Part shown: positions 1 to 8,780 of the stretch, piece after piece
Layout of the letters: each line of letters opens with the position of its first letter
Position numbering within the stretch: the stretch's first letter is position 1
Program-made: the position numbers and the translations under genes
DNA from: a virus
Strand: one strand, 5' to 3'
Virus record (IMG/VR): IMGVR_UViG_3300030099_006395
Coordinates: 1-64,000 of that record
Length of the DNA stretch: 64,000 nucleotides
The notes under the pieces: generated by a model
What the model was told of the DNA's origin: nothing
The model's input: the letters and a program-made list of their open reading frames with translations, nothing else
The model's database searches: none

Positions 1-11
1 TGATAAAATTA

Positions 12-305
12 ATGGAATTAATCGACCAAACAATTGCTAATCGAAGCCTTTACAAACAAGAAAAGCCGTGGGAAAAATTTAATGATGCTACTGATAAAGG
101 TAAAGATGTTTTAGTTGTATTGAAAAAAGATAAGAAGAAACATTATGTTTATCAGCATGGTAATAGTGATATTATAATGATTACAAATTTAGATGGTAAC
201 AAAGTTTTAAATGTTAAACCAACAAAAATTCATCAAATAGTGTTATTACCACATTCAGGTTATGTTAGAAAACATCCTGAATTAAAAAAGTATGGGTTTA
301 GATAG
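12..305 (+). CDS. hypothetical protein
   Basis: 97-aa ORF whose stop overlaps the next start (TAGTG); no motif recognised. Confidence 0.6.
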   Translation: MELIDQTIANRSLYKQEKPWEKFNDATDKGKDVLVVLKKDKKKHYVYQHGNSDIIMITNLDGNKVLNVKPTKIHQIVLLPHSGYVRKHPELKKYGFR

Positions 306-577
306 TGATAAAGTTAAAAGACTTATTATCAGAAGGAAAGTTTAAAATGAAAGGTAAGTATTTATATATGCCTGATGGTGAAGTGTCATCTATACCAAAA
401 AGAAATGATAGAGATAGAATTATAATTCAAATAAAAAATGAAAAATTTGAACTTTATGATAATGGATTTAATGAGTTTAATATAATGGGTAGTAGAAATT
501 CTTATCATCCAAAAGGACAAAAAGATTTAGAAAGATTTTTAAATAAAAACAAAGCTAAGTATATTGGGATAGATTAA
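305..577 (+). CDS. putative internal head protein
   Basis: N-terminus MIKLKDLLSE belongs to a motif shared by several neighbouring late genes; translationally coupled. Confidence 0.55.
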   Translation: MIKLKDLLSEGKFKMKGKYLYMPDGEVSSIPKRNDRDRIIIQIKNEKFELYDNGFNEFNIMGSRNSYHPKGQKDLERFLNKNKAKYIGID

Positions 578-1167
578 TGAAACTTCAAGACTTACTAAAA
601 GATATTGAATTAGGTAAGGTTTATACTGATAAAGACAGAAAACCTTTTAAAGTCAATGAAGACCATCATGATAAAAAAGAAGGCAAAATGGCTAAGTATG
701 ATGCAAAAGAAATTGCAGATGACGCTATGGATGTTTTTAAAATGATTGATAACAATGATGATTTGCCAGAGTGGTTAGAGGCCAAGATTACAAAAGCAGC
801 TGATTACATGAATAGTGTAAAAGATTATTTAGAACATCATCAAAATGGTAAAGTTGATGAATCGTGGGATTCACCACAAGCATATTCATCACCAGAAGCA
901 AAAAAAGTTGTTGATGGTGCTATTAGAAATTACTCAAAAGAATTGAGAAAAGTACAATATAAAGTCGTAAAAGATTGGATGTCAAAAGCTAAATCAGGTG
1001 TAATTGATTATTTTGATATTGTTAGGGGATTACAATATGGTGACATTACAAGAGCTCATCCATATGAAACAGATTTCTTACATAAAGTTTTAAATAGAGA
1101 CAAAATTGTAGATAGATTTAGAAGTTATTTTGGTGGAAAAAAAGGTAAAAGAGGAAGAAGAAAATAA
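577..1167 (+). CDS. putative internal head protein, conserved large-phage domain
   Basis: N-terminal MKLQDLLKDIE; EGKMAK...LPEWLEAKITKAADY segment recalled from T4-like phage hypotheticals. Confidence 0.55.
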   Translation: MKLQDLLKDIELGKVYTDKDRKPFKVNEDHHDKKEGKMAKYDAKEIADDAMDVFKMIDNNDDLPEWLEAKITKAADYMNSVKDYLEHHQNGKVDESWDSPQAYSSPEAKKVVDGAIRNYSKELRKVQYKVVKDWMSKAKSGVIDYFDIVRGLQYGDITRAHPYETDFLHKVLNRDKIVDRFRSYFGGKKGKRGRRK

Positions 1168-1451
1168 TGGCAACGAATAAAGAGATAGTTGAAAGATTGA
1201 ATTGTATTGAAGCAAGATTACCAAATGGTGAACTTGAAGAAATACATACAATGATAAAAGAAATTAAAGAAGTTCTTTTAGACCCTGAAGATGGCATAAT
1301 TGTTCGTGTTAATAAAAATACTTATTGGAGAAAAGAATTGGACGCGGATGAATTTAAAGCGTTATTAAGATGGAAACAATCAGTAACACATGCTATGTGG
1401 CTTGTGTACTCTGCAGTATTAGGAATTTTAGTAAAATTAATATTTTTTTAA
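1167..1451 (+). CDS. small membrane protein (holin-like topology)
   Basis: Coiled-coil N-terminus plus C-terminal hydrophobic helix AMWLVYSAVLGILVKLIFF. Confidence 0.5.
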   Translation: MATNKEIVERLNCIEARLPNGELEEIHTMIKEIKEVLLDPEDGIIVRVNKNTYWRKELDADEFKALLRWKQSVTHAMWLVYSAVLGILVKLIFF

Positions 1452-1458
1452 TATTTAT
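1451..1458 (+). promoter_or_regulatory. putative phage late promoter
   Basis: ATATTTAT core of the recurrent intergenic motif, upstream of GGGAG SD and ATG at 1480. Confidence 0.5.
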
Positions 1459-1479
1459 TATATTATAGGGAGATAAAAA

Positions 1480-2103
1480 ATGGCAAAGTTAAAAAAATTA
1501 TTGGAAGACGCTTTTCAAGACAGACCAAGCGTAAATAAATACGAAGTGATTGAAGGTGTTAAAAGTTTTCAACATATTGGTAAATCTATTTACAATAATG
1601 GTAATGTTTTGGAAACGGCTAAACAATTAGCTTCTATAGCTGAATCAGCACACAATCACATTTTAGGTGAACAAGATGATTGGTTTGATAAGATTTCAAT
1701 TAATAAAAATATGAAATCACTTAAAGGTAGTGTAGTTGAATTTCAAAAAGCTGCTAAAGAAGCACACATGTTAAATCAAAGATTAACAGGTCTTTATGAA
1801 GATATTGGGCATGTTCTTAATCGATATTATGATATTGATGAAGCTCATGTGTATGGACACGATGATGAAGATTCAGAGGTTGAAGAAAAATTAGATAAAG
1901 TTGATCCATCAAAAGTAGAACCAGGTGACGATTTCGAAGATAGAGAAGATAAAGATATTGACAATGATGGTGATACAGATGACTCTGATGAATATCTTCA
2001 CAAAAAAAGACAAGCGATATCTAAAGCTATCAAAAAAGAAAGTAAAGGTATTGGTGGAATGATTGATATTCCTGCACTTGGAGATATGATTAGGAAAAAA
2101 TAA
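1480..2103 (+). CDS. putative internal head protein with DxDxDG motif
   Basis: MAKLKKLLE start; DKDIDNDGDTDDSDEYLHKKRQAI Ca-binding-like motif. Confidence 0.55.
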   Translation: MAKLKKLLEDAFQDRPSVNKYEVIEGVKSFQHIGKSIYNNGNVLETAKQLASIAESAHNHILGEQDDWFDKISINKNMKSLKGSVVEFQKAAKEAHMLNQRLTGLYEDIGHVLNRYYDIDEAHVYGHDDEDSEVEEKLDKVDPSKVEPGDDFEDREDKDIDNDGDTDDSDEYLHKKRQAISKAIKKESKGIGGMIDIPALGDMIRKK

Positions 2104-2432
2104 TGAATGTGATTCATCATTTAATACACCTTTTAATATATAGTCTTCTTTTATGGCAAATAGTTTTAGGTGTATGGATTATACTTATATGGGCATCAAA
2201 AAATTTTAAATTTCACCGGTCTCCCGTTCTAAACATTGGAGAATCATTCCAAAAGAGTGATTCTCCAGTTGAAGAAGCAAAGGTGAAAAAAGATATGGGT
2301 CCGATAGAAGTAGATGTAAAAAGTAATGTGATAATGGACACAAAATCAGATGAATCAAGTGTTAAGTTAGATGAAAAAATTAAGGGTAAAGTGAAAACCC
2401 AAAAAGATAAACTAAAAAAGTTAAGAGGTTAA
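2103..2432 (+). CDS. membrane-anchored protein, neighbour of actin-like ATPase
   Basis: N-terminal hydrophobic helix; C-terminal IEVD...KGKVKTQKDKLKKLRG shared with 10461..10841. Confidence 0.65.
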   Translation: MNVIHHLIHLLIYSLLLWQIVLGVWIILIWASKNFKFHRSPVLNIGESFQKSDSPVEEAKVKKDMGPIEVDVKSNVIMDTKSDESSVKLDEKIKGKVKTQKDKLKKLRG

Positions 2433-2433
2433 T

Positions 2434-3474
2434 ATGGCTAAAGGATTAGATTGTGGTACAAGTTATTATATAACAGCCACAGAAGATAGTATAAAAAAAC
2501 AAAGAAATGTATTCTTAACAGTTGACGGAGATGCAAATCAAGTTAAACGAATGTTAAAAAGACAAAGAATACCATTTGTTGAAAAGGCTGGTAAAGTTCA
2601 TATCGTTGGACAACACGCTTTTAATTATGCTCAAATATTTAGTACAACAGATTTAAAGAGACCTATGTCTCAAGGATTACTGAATCCGAAGGAAAAAGAT
2701 GCACTACCTGTATTGAATGCAATTATAGGTGAGTTGATTGGAAAGGCAAAAGGTAAAGAAACTTGTGTTTATTGTATACCAGCAAAACCAATCGACCAAA
2801 CAAGAGAAGTTTCTTATCACGAAGATGTATTAAAACAGATTATTGAAACATATGGGTATGATGTTAAAGTTATCGAAGAGAGTGTTGCTCTTGCCTATGA
2901 AGGATTGGTAGATAATGATTTGACAGGAATAGCGATATCGATGGGTGCTGGGATGTGTAATATATGTGTGATGTATCAAGGTATGAGTGCACTCTCTTTT
3001 TCAGTTGCTAGAGGTGGTGATTGGATTGATGAAAATGTGGCATCAGATTGTGGATGTACAAAAGCAAAAGTAATTTCAGTAAAAGAAAATTCAGATAAGT
3101 TAGATTTAACTAAATCTGCAATAAACGATATTTATCAAGAAGGAAGTGATGAGTATAATATTATAAATGCTATTCGTTCTTACTACGGAGCATTAGTAAA
3201 TTATTTATTAGTAAATTTAACTCATCAGTTCAATAACGCTGAAAGTGTACCAAACTTTCCAGAATCAATTCCAATTGTATTCGGTGGTGGAACATCTTTG
3301 GTGAAAGGGTTTATGGAAGTAGTAAGTGAACAATTTAATCAAGATGAATTTCCAATACAAGTAAAAGAATTTACACTTGTTGAGGACGCACACACAGCAG
3401 TCGCAAGAGGTTGTTTGAGTGAAGCACAACTTATAGAGGAGGAAGAGGGTGAAGATAACCAAGAGCCAGCTTAA
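2434..3474 (+). CDS. actin-like ATPase (MreB/ParM/MamK/FtsA superfamily)
   Basis: Phosphate-1 GLDCGTS, connect-1 IEESVALAY, phosphate-2 ISMGAGMCN, adenosine VFGGGTS, connect-2 AVARG. Confidence 0.85.
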   Translation: MAKGLDCGTSYYITATEDSIKKQRNVFLTVDGDANQVKRMLKRQRIPFVEKAGKVHIVGQHAFNYAQIFSTTDLKRPMSQGLLNPKEKDALPVLNAIIGELIGKAKGKETCVYCIPAKPIDQTREVSYHEDVLKQIIETYGYDVKVIEESVALAYEGLVDNDLTGIAISMGAGMCNICVMYQGMSALSFSVARGGDWIDENVASDCGCTKAKVISVKENSDKLDLTKSAINDIYQEGSDEYNIINAIRSYYGALVNYLLVNLTHQFNNAESVPNFPESIPIVFGGGTSLVKGFMEVVSEQFNQDEFPIQVKEFTLVEDAHTAVARGCLSEAQLIEEEEGEDNQEPA

Positions 3475-5008
3475 AGAATTAATTAGAAATGCCATTGTAG
3501 AAGACATGATGGATAAAGAGATTGAAAATCCTAAAACAGGTAATAAAATTAAGATTAAAACTGCGTTACAATTACCTGATGAACATCCTGCAAATAAAAA
3601 AGCAAAAGATATGGTTGCTAAATCATCACCAGAAAAAAGTGATGAACCAACGGATGCTACACCAGCTCCTAAAGGTAAACCCAAAGGACCTGTGAAAAAT
3701 CCATTCTCAAAAGAATCACCTGCTTTTGAACCAAAACAAAAACAAATTGATAAAAAGAAAAAACCTAAAGATGAACCAGAAGATGAATTTGATGTCGGTG
3801 GTCCTTCTTATGCAAATGTACCAAAAGGTGTTAAATCTTCAAAAGATATAGGAAAAACTCCACAACCTTCAGATTTTGATGGTGACATGGATAAGTATTT
3901 TGATGCATTAAATAAACATATGAAAGATGTAGAAGCTAAACTTGACAAAGGTGATAAACCCGCTTTCAAAAAACCATCAGATATGGGTTCTGGACAAGGT
4001 ATGATGAAAACTGGTTATGATGAACCAACTGCTGCTGATGATGTGGAATCAAATTGGGATAAATCATCTAAAGAATTTGAATCTCTTGAGGATAAACATG
4101 GTGTTAGAATTGATGACCAATCTGATTGGAGCGGTATTGAAAATAATCCACGAGGTGAATATTCAGTTAGTGGAAAAAATTCAGAAGATGCCGGTGATGG
4201 ATTTAGTGTTTATTCAACTGTTGAAACAGGTGTAGATGGTGAATCATATGAAGGAAATAAAAATATCATAACATTTCCTCAAGATGACGACCCATTTGGT
4301 GGACAAGTTGAAATAGAATTTGATTCTATTGGAGATGCTAAAGAAGCATTAGATAAAATTTTAAGTGATAAAAAAATTAAATCAGCATTAGATGGTGGTA
4401 GAGCTGATATGGCAAATAACAAAGATTACATTAAGAAACAAGTAGAAAAATTAGGTGGTAAAACCATTAGAGAATCCATCAAAGAATCTAAAAAAAGAAG
4501 GTTTACCGTCAAAGAAGTAAGAATGTGGATGAAAAAATTAGAAGAGAATCGTTATAAGAAAGTATATAATTCAGACGCTCGTAGAGTGGCTTGGTTAGCA
4601 AACAATAACTTATCAGAAGATTACGAATCAATGCCAATATCAATGAGAAAAAAATGGAGTAAAGCTCAATACGGAAGAGAAAGATATTTGGCAAAAGAGT
4701 TTCTAAAATCTAAATTAGACCAACTTAAAGAGCAACTTAATGAAATGAAATTAAGAAAACAAATTAGAGAAATCATCAAAGAACAATTGAATGAAGTAAA
4801 ATTTAAAAAAGTCATTTTACCAAATGATATGAAAACAAAAGTTAAAGTATCTAAAATAATTAAAAAAATGAAACTAAAAATAGATAAAGATTATGATGTT
4901 AAAGCTTTAAAAGCAAGAGGAGGAGACCAAGAACTATTACTTCTTCCAAAACACTACAATAAATTTATCGAATTAGCAATGCAAAACAAACTAAATCCAA
5001 GAGGTTAA
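3449..5008 (+). CDS. large charged, low-complexity protein, putative internal head protein
   Basis: MKITKSQLKELIRNAIVE start; internal KLRKQIREIIKEQLNE; Pro/Lys-rich and acidic stretches. Confidence 0.6.
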   Translation: MKITKSQLKELIRNAIVEDMMDKEIENPKTGNKIKIKTALQLPDEHPANKKAKDMVAKSSPEKSDEPTDATPAPKGKPKGPVKNPFSKESPAFEPKQKQIDKKKKPKDEPEDEFDVGGPSYANVPKGVKSSKDIGKTPQPSDFDGDMDKYFDALNKHMKDVEAKLDKGDKPAFKKPSDMGSGQGMMKTGYDEPTAADDVESNWDKSSKEFESLEDKHGVRIDDQSDWSGIENNPRGEYSVSGKNSEDAGDGFSVYSTVETGVDGESYEGNKNIITFPQDDDPFGGQVEIEFDSIGDAKEALDKILSDKKIKSALDGGRADMANNKDYIKKQVEKLGGKTIRESIKESKKRRFTVKEVRMWMKKLEENRYKKVYNSDARRVAWLANNNLSEDYESMPISMRKKWSKAQYGRERYLAKEFLKSKLDQLKEQLNEMKLRKQIREIIKEQLNEVKFKKVILPNDMKTKVKVSKIIKKMKLKIDKDYDVKALKARGGDQELLLLPKHYNKFIELAMQNKLNPRG

Positions 5009-5009
5009 T

Positions 5010-5264
5010 ATGAGAAAAAGACGCAACTTTAGGAAAAAACCTAAAGACACTGCACAAGGGTTATCAGTAACAGTATTTAACAACAATGTAGATGGTGCAT
5101 TAAGAATACTTAAAAAGAAAGTAAAAGAAAGTAATTTGTTTGTAGATTTAAGAAAAAAACAATATTATATAAAACCATCCGAAATAAAAAGGGAAAAAAG
5201 AAATTTAGCAAAATTAAGAGCTCAATACCAAATTCTAAAAGACACAAATAAAAAAAGTTATTAA
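5010..5264 (+). CDS. rpsU: ribosomal protein bS21
   Basis: VTVFNNNVDGALRILKKKVKESNLFVDLRKKQYYIKPSEIKR matches the bS21 pattern (V.V....++.ALR.FK+......E.R....Y.KPS..R). Confidence 0.85.
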   Translation: MRKRRNFRKKPKDTAQGLSVTVFNNNVDGALRILKKKVKESNLFVDLRKKQYYIKPSEIKREKRNLAKLRAQYQILKDTNKKSY

Positions 5265-5289
5265 TACACATCAAAAAATAATTGACAAA

Positions 5290-5772
5290 TTGTTTGAATA
5301 TTTGGATTTTTTACAAACACCACATCCAAACTTTAATAACATGCCAATATGTCCTTTTATACAAGGAGACTTACATACGGACAACATTCAATTTATTGTT
5401 TACAATTCATCTATGGATAAATCATTGGTGGACATAGTAAAAGAATGGAAAGAATCCAGATTTAAAACAGGGTTAGTGTTACATGTTGGTGATGATTTAA
5501 AAACAATAAAAAGAAAACCATATCAAAAATTTTTGAATGAACAATTAAGAGAAAATGGTATGGGTGATATTAAAATATTATTATTTTCACCATTTGAAGA
5601 TTTTAATATAACAGGTGTAGATACACGAAAACAAGCCCCATGTATGTTATACAACTTAGCCACACGAGAAGATTTAAATAAAGCTCAAGAAAAATTACAA
5701 AAAACTAAATGGTATGATAATCTTTTAACTGAAGATTATAAAAAGTTAAATATTAAGAAAAAAATACTATAA
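5290..5772 (+). CDS. hypothetical protein with PICPF motif (DUF1415-like)
   Basis: NNMPICPF and RKQAPCML motifs; start uncertain (TTG). Confidence 0.45.
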   Translation: MFEYLDFLQTPHPNFNNMPICPFIQGDLHTDNIQFIVYNSSMDKSLVDIVKEWKESRFKTGLVLHVGDDLKTIKRKPYQKFLNEQLRENGMGDIKILLFSPFEDFNITGVDTRKQAPCMLYNLATREDLNKAQEKLQKTKWYDNLLTEDYKKLNIKKKIL

Positions 5773-5788
5773 TTTTTTATAAATTTAT

Positions 5789-5797
5789 ATATTTATA
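5789..5797 (+). promoter_or_regulatory. putative late promoter
   Basis: ATATTTATA upstream of the scaffold/capsid operon. Confidence 0.6.
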
Positions 5798-5915
5798 GAT
5801 ATAAAATTCTTAATACACCGTTAGTTTAAATTATATACGGTGTCTAAATATAACTTAACATTATTAAGTTTCCTAATAAACTTATTCCCAAAAATATAAA
5901 TTGAGGAGAATCGCA

Positions 5916-6998
5916 ATGAGTGATTTATTAAAAGAAGCTATCGCTGATGCTAAAGCTGTTAGAGAAACTGCTTTACAGAACGCAAAGATGGCACTAGAAG
6001 AGGCATTCACGCCTCAACTAAAATCAATGCTCTCTGCTAAACTAAAAGAAGAAGAACTTGACGAAGAAGAAACTCCAGTTGTTAACGAAGAGGATGATGA
6101 TGAAGAAGAAGTTGAAGAATCATCTGAACCTGTTTCTGAAGACGCTGTAGAAGAATCGGAAGAGCCTGTTGAAGAATCTGAATTAACTGAAGAAGATGAC
6201 GATGACGAAGAAGCTGAAGAAGGCAGAATGTCTGATGGACACGATGATGATGAAGCTGAAGAAGGTCGTGGTGATATGGAAGAAGATGATGAAGATGATG
6301 AAGATATGGAAGAAAGTACTTTAGATCTTGAAGCTATAATCAGAGAACTTGAAGCAGAGGTTAACGAAGGTGAGCATGAAGACGAGGATGATGACGAAGC
6401 TGAAGAAGGCCGAGGAATGAAAGAAGAGGAAGATATCGAAGAAGAGTATGAAATCGATGAAGCCGCTCTTACTGAAGAAGATGATGACGAGGACAAAGAC
6501 GAAGTCGATGAAGAACTTGACAAATCATCTGGAATTGGTAAAGGTGACAACAAAACAGATAATACTGACGTATCATCAGGTATTGGTGGTGGTAAAAAAG
6601 GTATGAAAGAATCTTCTGAACTAGCAGCTGAATTAAAAGAATATAAAGAAGCTGTTAAATTCCTAAAAGGTAAACTTCATGAAGTTAACATCTTGAATGC
6701 TAAACTTTTATTTACAAACAAGTTGTTTAAAGAGTTCGCTCTTGACAACAATCAGAAACTTAAAGTGGTTGAAACATTTGACAGAGCTCAAACTACAAGA
6801 GAGATTAAACTTGTTTATTCTACACTTGCAGAGCAGTTTGGTGATAATGGTTCAATTGTAACTAAAAAATCAATTAGTGAATCAGCTAGTAAAGCTGTCG
6901 CATCAACTAAACCTTCTAAAGAAACTACTAAAAAAGTAATTTCTGAAGAGGTACAAGTTGCTGACAGATTTAGAAAACTCGCTGGTTTAATTAAATAA
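5916..6998 (+). CDS. prohead core/scaffold protein
   Basis: Extremely acidic, directly upstream of MCP, ends DRFRKLAGLIK; start set at ATG 5916 behind GAGGAG. Confidence 0.8.
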   Translation: MSDLLKEAIADAKAVRETALQNAKMALEEAFTPQLKSMLSAKLKEEELDEEETPVVNEEDDDEEEVEESSEPVSEDAVEESEEPVEESELTEEDDDDEEAEEGRMSDGHDDDEAEEGRGDMEEDDEDDEDMEESTLDLEAIIRELEAEVNEGEHEDEDDDEAEEGRGMKEEEDIEEEYEIDEAALTEEDDDEDKDEVDEELDKSSGIGKGDNKTDNTDVSSGIGGGKKGMKESSELAAELKEYKEAVKFLKGKLHEVNILNAKLLFTNKLFKEFALDNNQKLKVVETFDRAQTTREIKLVYSTLAEQFGDNGSIVTKKSISESASKAVASTKPSKETTKKVISEEVQVADRFRKLAGLIK

Positions 6999-7014
6999 TT
7001 AGGAGATAATTAAA

Positions 7015-8676
7015 ATGTCAAATTATGTAAATGACGCTCTATTAGGAGCAAGTCCTTACAAAAAACAAAAAGAAGAATCAAAAGCTCTCGTTTCTAAATG
7101 GGATAAAACTGGTCTTCTTGATGGTTTGAATGAGGATTTTCAAAGAAGTGGAATGGCTATTATGCTTGAAAACCAAGCAAAACAGTTAGTTTCAGAGGCG
7201 GGAGTCTCAACAACAAATCCAACAGGCGGTTCTGATGAAGAATGGTCTGGTGTTGCTCTTCCATTGGTTAGAAGAATCTTTGGTGAGATTGCAGCTCAAG
7301 AGTTTGTAAGTGTTCAACCAATGAACTTACCATCTGGTCTAGTATTTTATCTTGACTTTAAATATGGTAGTGCAAATAGTGGTGTAAATCAAGGTGGTTC
7401 TTTAGGTGGTACAACAGGTGCTTTAACACCAGCTGCTGACAGAGACGCACATGGTGAAGGTGGTTTATATGGTGCTGGTACTTTTGGGTATTCAATTTCT
7501 CAATCTAAAGCTACTATTACTGGTATTGGAATGCTAACTCAAGCTTCATCATCTTTCAGTCACTGGAATAACAATACTGAATTATCAGCTTCAAAAGCTG
7601 CAACTCAAACTTTAGTTTCTGGATCTGAACACTATGTTCAAATCAGTCTTCCGACTGGTGGAGACGCTAGTGGTGAGTTTGCTAAGGCTGATTTTAAAGC
7701 AGTTAGAAACTTTAGAATTGCAGGTACTTATATTGATTCATATCTACCTGAATTAACTAACTATGATTCAGCAAATGAAGTTGTTAATTTCATTGTTGCT
7801 CCAAAAGCAGGTGGTGCATTAGATGACGGAACATATGGTTTCGTATCATCTTCTGTAACAGTTGATTTCTCACTAGCTCCACAAGAAGCAGACAGAGGTG
7901 ACTTTGAGTCTAAATCTGGTGCTGGAATGGCTATACCTGAAGTTGACTTACAATTAAATAGTTCAGCTATTGTTGCTAAAACAAGAAAACTAAAAGCTGT
8001 ATGGACTCCTGAACTAGCTCAAGACTTGAACGCTTACCATAGTGTAGACGCTGAAGCTGAGTTAACTTCAATGTTGTCTGAATACATCTCAATGGAAATC
8101 GATTTAGAAATCCTTGATATGTTAATTGCAGATGCAACTACTGTTGACTTTTGGTCTGTAAAACAAGGTGATGACTTTGATGCAAGTACAAATACATTCA
8201 AACCTAATACATTCACAGGTACAAGATTCGAATGGTTTCAAACACTAGTACAAAAAATCCAAAAAGTATCTAATGAAATTCATAGATTAACTTTAAGGGG
8301 TGGTGCTAATTTCTGTGTTGTATCTCCGAAGATTGCTACAATCCTTGAATCACTTCCAGGATATAACTCAAACGCAACTAAAGACGCTAACAAGTTTGCG
8401 ATGGGTGTATCTCAAATTGGTTCAGTTGATAGTAGATTCACAGTTTATAAGAATCCTTATATGACTGAAAATCAAATCTTGGTAGGATTTAGAGGTTCAA
8501 ACTTCCTTGAAACAGGTGCGGTTTACGCTCCATATGTTCCATTGATTATGACTCCTCTAGTGTATGATCCAACTGATTTCACTCCAAGAAAAGGTGTGAT
8601 GACAAGATACGCTAAGAAAATGATTAGACCTGAATTTTATGGTAAAATCCAAGTTTCTGGATTAGAGTTACTATAA
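7015..8676 (+). CDS. gp23: major capsid protein (T4 gp23-like)
   Basis: LENQ, PLVRR, VQPMNLPSGLVFYL, AKTRKLKAVWTPELAQDLNAYH, YAPYVPL and FTPRKGVMTRY motifs. Confidence 0.95.
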   Translation: MSNYVNDALLGASPYKKQKEESKALVSKWDKTGLLDGLNEDFQRSGMAIMLENQAKQLVSEAGVSTTNPTGGSDEEWSGVALPLVRRIFGEIAAQEFVSVQPMNLPSGLVFYLDFKYGSANSGVNQGGSLGGTTGALTPAADRDAHGEGGLYGAGTFGYSISQSKATITGIGMLTQASSSFSHWNNNTELSASKAATQTLVSGSEHYVQISLPTGGDASGEFAKADFKAVRNFRIAGTYIDSYLPELTNYDSANEVVNFIVAPKAGGALDDGTYGFVSSSVTVDFSLAPQEADRGDFESKSGAGMAIPEVDLQLNSSAIVAKTRKLKAVWTPELAQDLNAYHSVDAEAELTSMLSEYISMEIDLEILDMLIADATTVDFWSVKQGDDFDASTNTFKPNTFTGTRFEWFQTLVQKIQKVSNEIHRLTLRGGANFCVVSPKIATILESLPGYNSNATKDANKFAMGVSQIGSVDSRFTVYKNPYMTENQILVGFRGSNFLETGAVYAPYVPLIMTPLVYDPTDFTPRKGVMTRYAKKMIRPEFYGKIQVSGLELL

Positions 8677-8698
8677 AGTAATTGTTAAAATCAAACTT

Positions 8699-8728
8699 AA
8701 AAGGGTGGGAATTATCTCACCCTTTTTT
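8699..8728 (+). terminator. intrinsic terminator after MCP
   Basis: AAGGGTGGGA-atta-TCTCACCCTT stem followed by T run. Confidence 0.85.
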
Positions 8729-8739
8729 GTGCAAAGTTT

Positions 8740-8754
8740 ATATTTATATATGAA
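8740..8754 (+). promoter_or_regulatory. putative late promoter
   Basis: ATATTTATATATGAA immediately after the terminator. Confidence 0.7.
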
Positions 8755-8780
8755 GAATAATACCCATTTAGGAGAATATA

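Noticed and set aside
6190-6500. Repeated GATGA(T/C)GAAGCTGAAGAAGG units as a DNA repeat array or CRISPR
   Set aside because: In-frame DDEAEEGR coding repeats of the scaffold with irregular spacing
6014-6553. Minus-strand poly-Ser ORF and the other minus-strand or nested ORFs in the track
   Set aside because: Shadows of + strand genes (e.g. reverse complement of GAA/GAT runs in the acidic scaffold); no SD or motifs
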